DNA of 64,000 nucleotides from an uncultured Planctomycetales bacterium (GTDB lineage: Bacteria > Omnitrophota > Gorgyraeia > Zapsychrales > Fredricksoniimonadaceae): contig CAZACW010000007.1 in the NCBI GenBank assembly GCA_964483785.1, positions 375-64,374 of the forward strand. The letters are read 5' to 3'. Every line of letters begins with the position of its first letter. Position 1 is the first letter of the stretch. The notes under the pieces were generated by a model that was not told the DNA's origin, ran no database searches, and saw only the letters and a program-made list of their open reading frames with translations. Shown one piece after another: positions 61,202 through 64,000 of the stretch. The position numbers and the translations under genes were made by a program.

Positions 61202-62926
61202 ATGAAATCTCCTTTGATTAAAACAGCACTGGCCTTGAGCCTCGCAGCGGGCCTGTGCGCTTATTTTATGCCGCGGCTTTTGGCCGACGATGAGGCCGCG
61301 GCCCAGCAGGACGTCATTGACCTTGTCGTCGGCGACATCCAGACCGTGCAGGCCTCCGGCCTGACCAGGGTCTCGGTCACGAACCCGGACATCGCGGACA
61401 TTTCCGACGCTAAAGAAGACAAGGTTTCGCTGTTGGCCAAAAGGCAGGGCAAGACCATCCTGTTTTTGTGGGATGCCAACGGCAAGCGCACCGTCATCGT
61501 GCAGGTGATCAATGAAGAGCTTGGCTCCGTCAAGGCGCGCTTGCAGAAGATTTTGGCCGAGGCCAATATCACCGGCGTTGCCCTGGAAGAAAACCCCGAA
61601 GAAGGCAAGGTGGTGGTTTCCGGGTCCATGTCCAAGGAAGACAAGGACAGGCTTAACAATGTCCTGGCCCCCTACAGCGAGGGCCTGCTGAATCTCGTGA
61701 AGACGCAAAAGGACGAGGATTTGATCCAGGTGGACATGGAGGTCGTGGAAATCCAGACCAATTATGAAAAGAGCTTAGGCATTCTCTGGGGCTCGACCAG
61801 CTCCGGCGCCAACGGCGGGGGCGGCAGCAGTGCCGGCAATATCACGCTCAATTATAACGAGACCCTGCCGCAGATGAACGGCCATCCGGACAATTTTTTT
61901 AAGATCGGCAATTTCCGCAGGACAACGCCCCTGGAAGCCACGGTGCAGGCCCTGATCCAGGACGGCAAGGCCAGGCTGATTTCCAAGCCCAGGCTCGTCG
62001 CTGTCAGCGGCAAACAGGCCTCCTTCCTGGTGGGCGGCGAGATCCCCATTGAAACAACGACCACCAATACGACGGGCAGCACCTTGACCCAAAATACGAG
62101 CTATGCGCAGTACGGTGTCAACATGATGGTCACGCCCACCATCCGCGGCAGCAAGATCGATGTTTTGCTTAACATGGACATCCGCGACATCGACGCGGCC
62201 AATTCTTCCAACGGCAATGTGGCCTTTATCACCCGCAATGCCACCACCGACCTTTTGATGGAGAACAAGCAGACCATTGTGCTGGCGGGCCTGATCAAAT
62301 ATTCGGACAGCAAGCAGATCACCAAGGTCCCGTTTTTGGGGGACATCCCGGTCTTGGGGCTGTTGTTTCGCAGTTCCTCCTATCCTTCCCCGACGAATAA
62401 CACCGAGATGGTGATCATCTTGACGCCGACCGTGCTGACTGAAAAGAAATTCGAGCAGAAACAGCTGATCATGCCGACCCCTGAGGAGAACAAGGCCTGG
62501 AATGAGATCGACGGAAAATATCCGCATGAGGCCATGCACTCGGAGTGGCCGCATCCTAAGTCCTCCGGGGATGAGACCTCCCTGGTGCTTCCGGTGATGA
62601 CCGCCTACGCGCGCACGGTGCAGGAGAAGATTTCCCGGGCCATCGCCTATCCGCCCGCGGCCCTGGGGCAGGATCTGGCCGGCACGGTGAAGCTTAAACT
62701 GCACATTCTTAAAGACGGGTCCCTGGATTCGGAAGAGCTTCTGCAATCGTCGGGCAGCAATATCCTGGACCAGGACGCCATGCAGGCGGCCAGGTCCGCG
62801 GCCCCGTTTGACGCGTTTGCCTCCGGCATGGACCAGGACGATATTGTCTTTACCATCCCCATCGTGTACAACCGGATGATCACGCAGGGGCAGGCCGCTC
62901 CGGAGAAGGTCATCGCCTCGTATTAG
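61202..62926 (+). CDS. cpaC: Tad secretin CpaC/RcpA with C-terminal TonB_C-like domain
   Basis: RVSVTNPDIADI, ASFLVGGEIP, KVPFLGDIPVLGLLF, then YPPAA...GTVKL...SSGSNILDQDAM. Confidence 0.88.
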   Translation: MKSPLIKTALALSLAAGLCAYFMPRLLADDEAAAQQDVIDLVVGDIQTVQASGLTRVSVTNPDIADISDAKEDKVSLLAKRQGKTILFLWDANGKRTVIVQVINEELGSVKARLQKILAEANITGVALEENPEEGKVVVSGSMSKEDKDRLNNVLAPYSEGLLNLVKTQKDEDLIQVDMEVVEIQTNYEKSLGILWGSTSSGANGGGGSSAGNITLNYNETLPQMNGHPDNFFKIGNFRRTTPLEATVQALIQDGKARLISKPRLVAVSGKQASFLVGGEIPIETTTTNTTGSTLTQNTSYAQYGVNMMVTPTIRGSKIDVLLNMDIRDIDAANSSNGNVAFITRNATTDLLMENKQTIVLAGLIKYSDSKQITKVPFLGDIPVLGLLFRSSSYPSPTNNTEMVIILTPTVLTEKKFEQKQLIMPTPEENKAWNEIDGKYPHEAMHSEWPHPKSSGDETSLVLPVMTAYARTVQEKISRAIAYPPAALGQDLAGTVKLKLHILKDGSLDSEELLQSSGSNILDQDAMQAARSAAPFDAFASGMDQDDIVFTIPIVYNRMITQGQAAPEKVIASY

Positions 62927-62935
62927 TCCCTTCCA

Positions 62936-62964
62936 ACCATCACAACCCCCGGGGTTGTGATGGT
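62936..62964. repeat. Family A palindrome, copy 7
   Basis: Directly after the secretin stop codon. Confidence 0.95.
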
Positions 62965-63017
62965 TTCCTTTAAAATCGTCAGTGACAAAGCCGGGATTCA
63001 TGGTAAAATAGAGAGCC

Positions 63018-64000
63018 ATGTCCTCCAAGGTCATCACCATTTTCAGCAATAAAGGCGGTGTTGGGAAAACCTTTGTCGCCGTCAATATCGCCTGCGCCCT
63101 GGCCTTGAAAGGCCGGCGGGTGTTGATCGTGGATTTGAACCTGCAGGCCAGCCAGGACATGGCGCGCATGCTCAATCTGCCGCCCGCCTATTGCCTCATC
63201 GACATCCTGGCGGACATGGACCCTCCGGATGCCATCCGCAAGCACGTGATCAACCACAGCTGCGGCCTGCATTTTCTGCCCGGCATCAAGTCCCCGCGCC
63301 AAATCGGCCATATCACGGCCGACAATCTGCGCCTCTTTTTCAAGAAAGCTTCCAACCATTACGAATACATCATCGTCGACGGAGGCAGCACCTTCAGCGA
63401 GATTTTGATCAGCATCATGGACTCCTCCAACCTGATTTTTCTAGTTGGCACGCCGGACATTTTGGCCGTGTACCAGGTCAAGACCAGCCTGGAGATCATC
63501 CAGAGCCTGCATTTTCCTTTAAAAATGGTGCGGCTGATCCTTAACCGCGCCGAAAGCCGCGGCGGGGTGGCCTGGCAGGAGGTGAAAAACGCCCTGGCCT
63601 GCGAGGTCTTTTCCCTGATCCCCTCCGATGGCAAGACCGTGGGCATGGCCTTAAACCGCGGGGTGCCCTGCGTCATCGACAGCGCCAAGACCAAGGTCGC
63701 GGAAACTTTTTTCGAGATCGCCGACCATTTGGGCGACGAAAGCCTGTATATGCAGGCCAGCGACGTGATCAAGGTCCGCAGTTCGGACCACGCCTCCAAG
63801 AAATCCGACGAATTCTGGGAAAAATTCGGCATCACGCCCAACATGTCCGAGGGGGTGATGGATTTCAAGAAGGAAGAGGACGAGGTGATTAAGCTTAAAA
63901 GGGCCGTGCACAACCTGCTGGTTGAGCGCATGAACCTGCAAAAAATGTCCCCGGAGGTCTTGAACGACCCTTCGCAGGCCGCCAATCTGCGCAAGGCCGC
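63018..64000 (+). CDS. CpaE/TadZ-like ATPase, probably fused to CpaF/TadA (partial)
   Basis: Manual translation MSSKVITIFSNKGGVGKTFVAVNIA...; frame open to the window end, finishing in LKRAVHNLLVERMNL. Confidence 0.85.
   Translation, partial: MSSKVITIFSNKGGVGKTFVAVNIACALALKGRRVLIVDLNLQASQDMARMLNLPPAYCLIDILADMDPPDAIRKHVINHSCGLHFLPGIKSPRQIGHITADNLRLFFKKASNHYEYIIVDGGSTFSEILISIMDSSNLIFLVGTPDILAVYQVKTSLEIIQSLHFPLKMVRLILNRAESRGGVAWQEVKNALACEVFSLIPSDGKTVGMALNRGVPCVIDSAKTKVAETFFEIADHLGDESLYMQASDVIKVRSSDHASKKSDEFWEKFGITPNMSEGVMDFKKEEDEVIKLKRAVHNLLVERMNLQKMSPEVLNDPSQAANLRKA

Noticed and set aside
61775-63175. 466-aa minus-strand ORF
   Set aside because: Antisense to the secretin and cpaE-like genes, runs through a repeat, and has no protein motifs

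Overview
Origin-of-replication region of a Gram-negative bacterium. The gene set (giant signal-peptide ORF with D-x-A-M/Q spacers, a paralog ending in a GGIDL motif, Tad pilus locus, several PilZ genes) suggests Candidatus Omnitrophota, which is an inference. Positions 1-7993 (minus) hold one uninterrupted ORF of at least 2664 codons that the ORF track missed because it runs off the window. It has a conserved ~345-aa N-terminal domain shared with the 852-aa ORF at 31545-34103. Downstream modules (LysM-like/Pro-rich/coiled coil, HlyD-like, TolC-like, membrane-anchored) are separated by D-x-A-[M/Q] motifs, two of them followed by internal signal-peptide-like segments, making it a candidate polyprotein/polymorphic cargo system. 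Next come mrp, sucD, frameshifted sucC, envelope genes and an ECF sigma operon. A 2.7-kb cargo-carrying IS1-like element follows (dead transposase, NYN RNase preceded by a small structured RNA and terminator, HicBA-like pair), then cargo genes stacked at tRNA-Gln and separated by att-like scars. The core block is gltX, ymdB, rny, 6S RNA, pheST, rplT-rpmI-infC-thrS, tRNAs, rpoZ-gmk, parAB, yidC-yidD-rpmH (no rnpA), dnaA-oriC-dnaN-gyrBA, tRNA-Glu, mdh and the start of a Tad operon. Non-coding signals include two dispersed palindrome families (both also in frame inside one gene) and seven TCCAGAWTGGA sites clustered in parB/yidC that may be a non-canonical parS. All translations and alignments were done by eye; no database searches were run.
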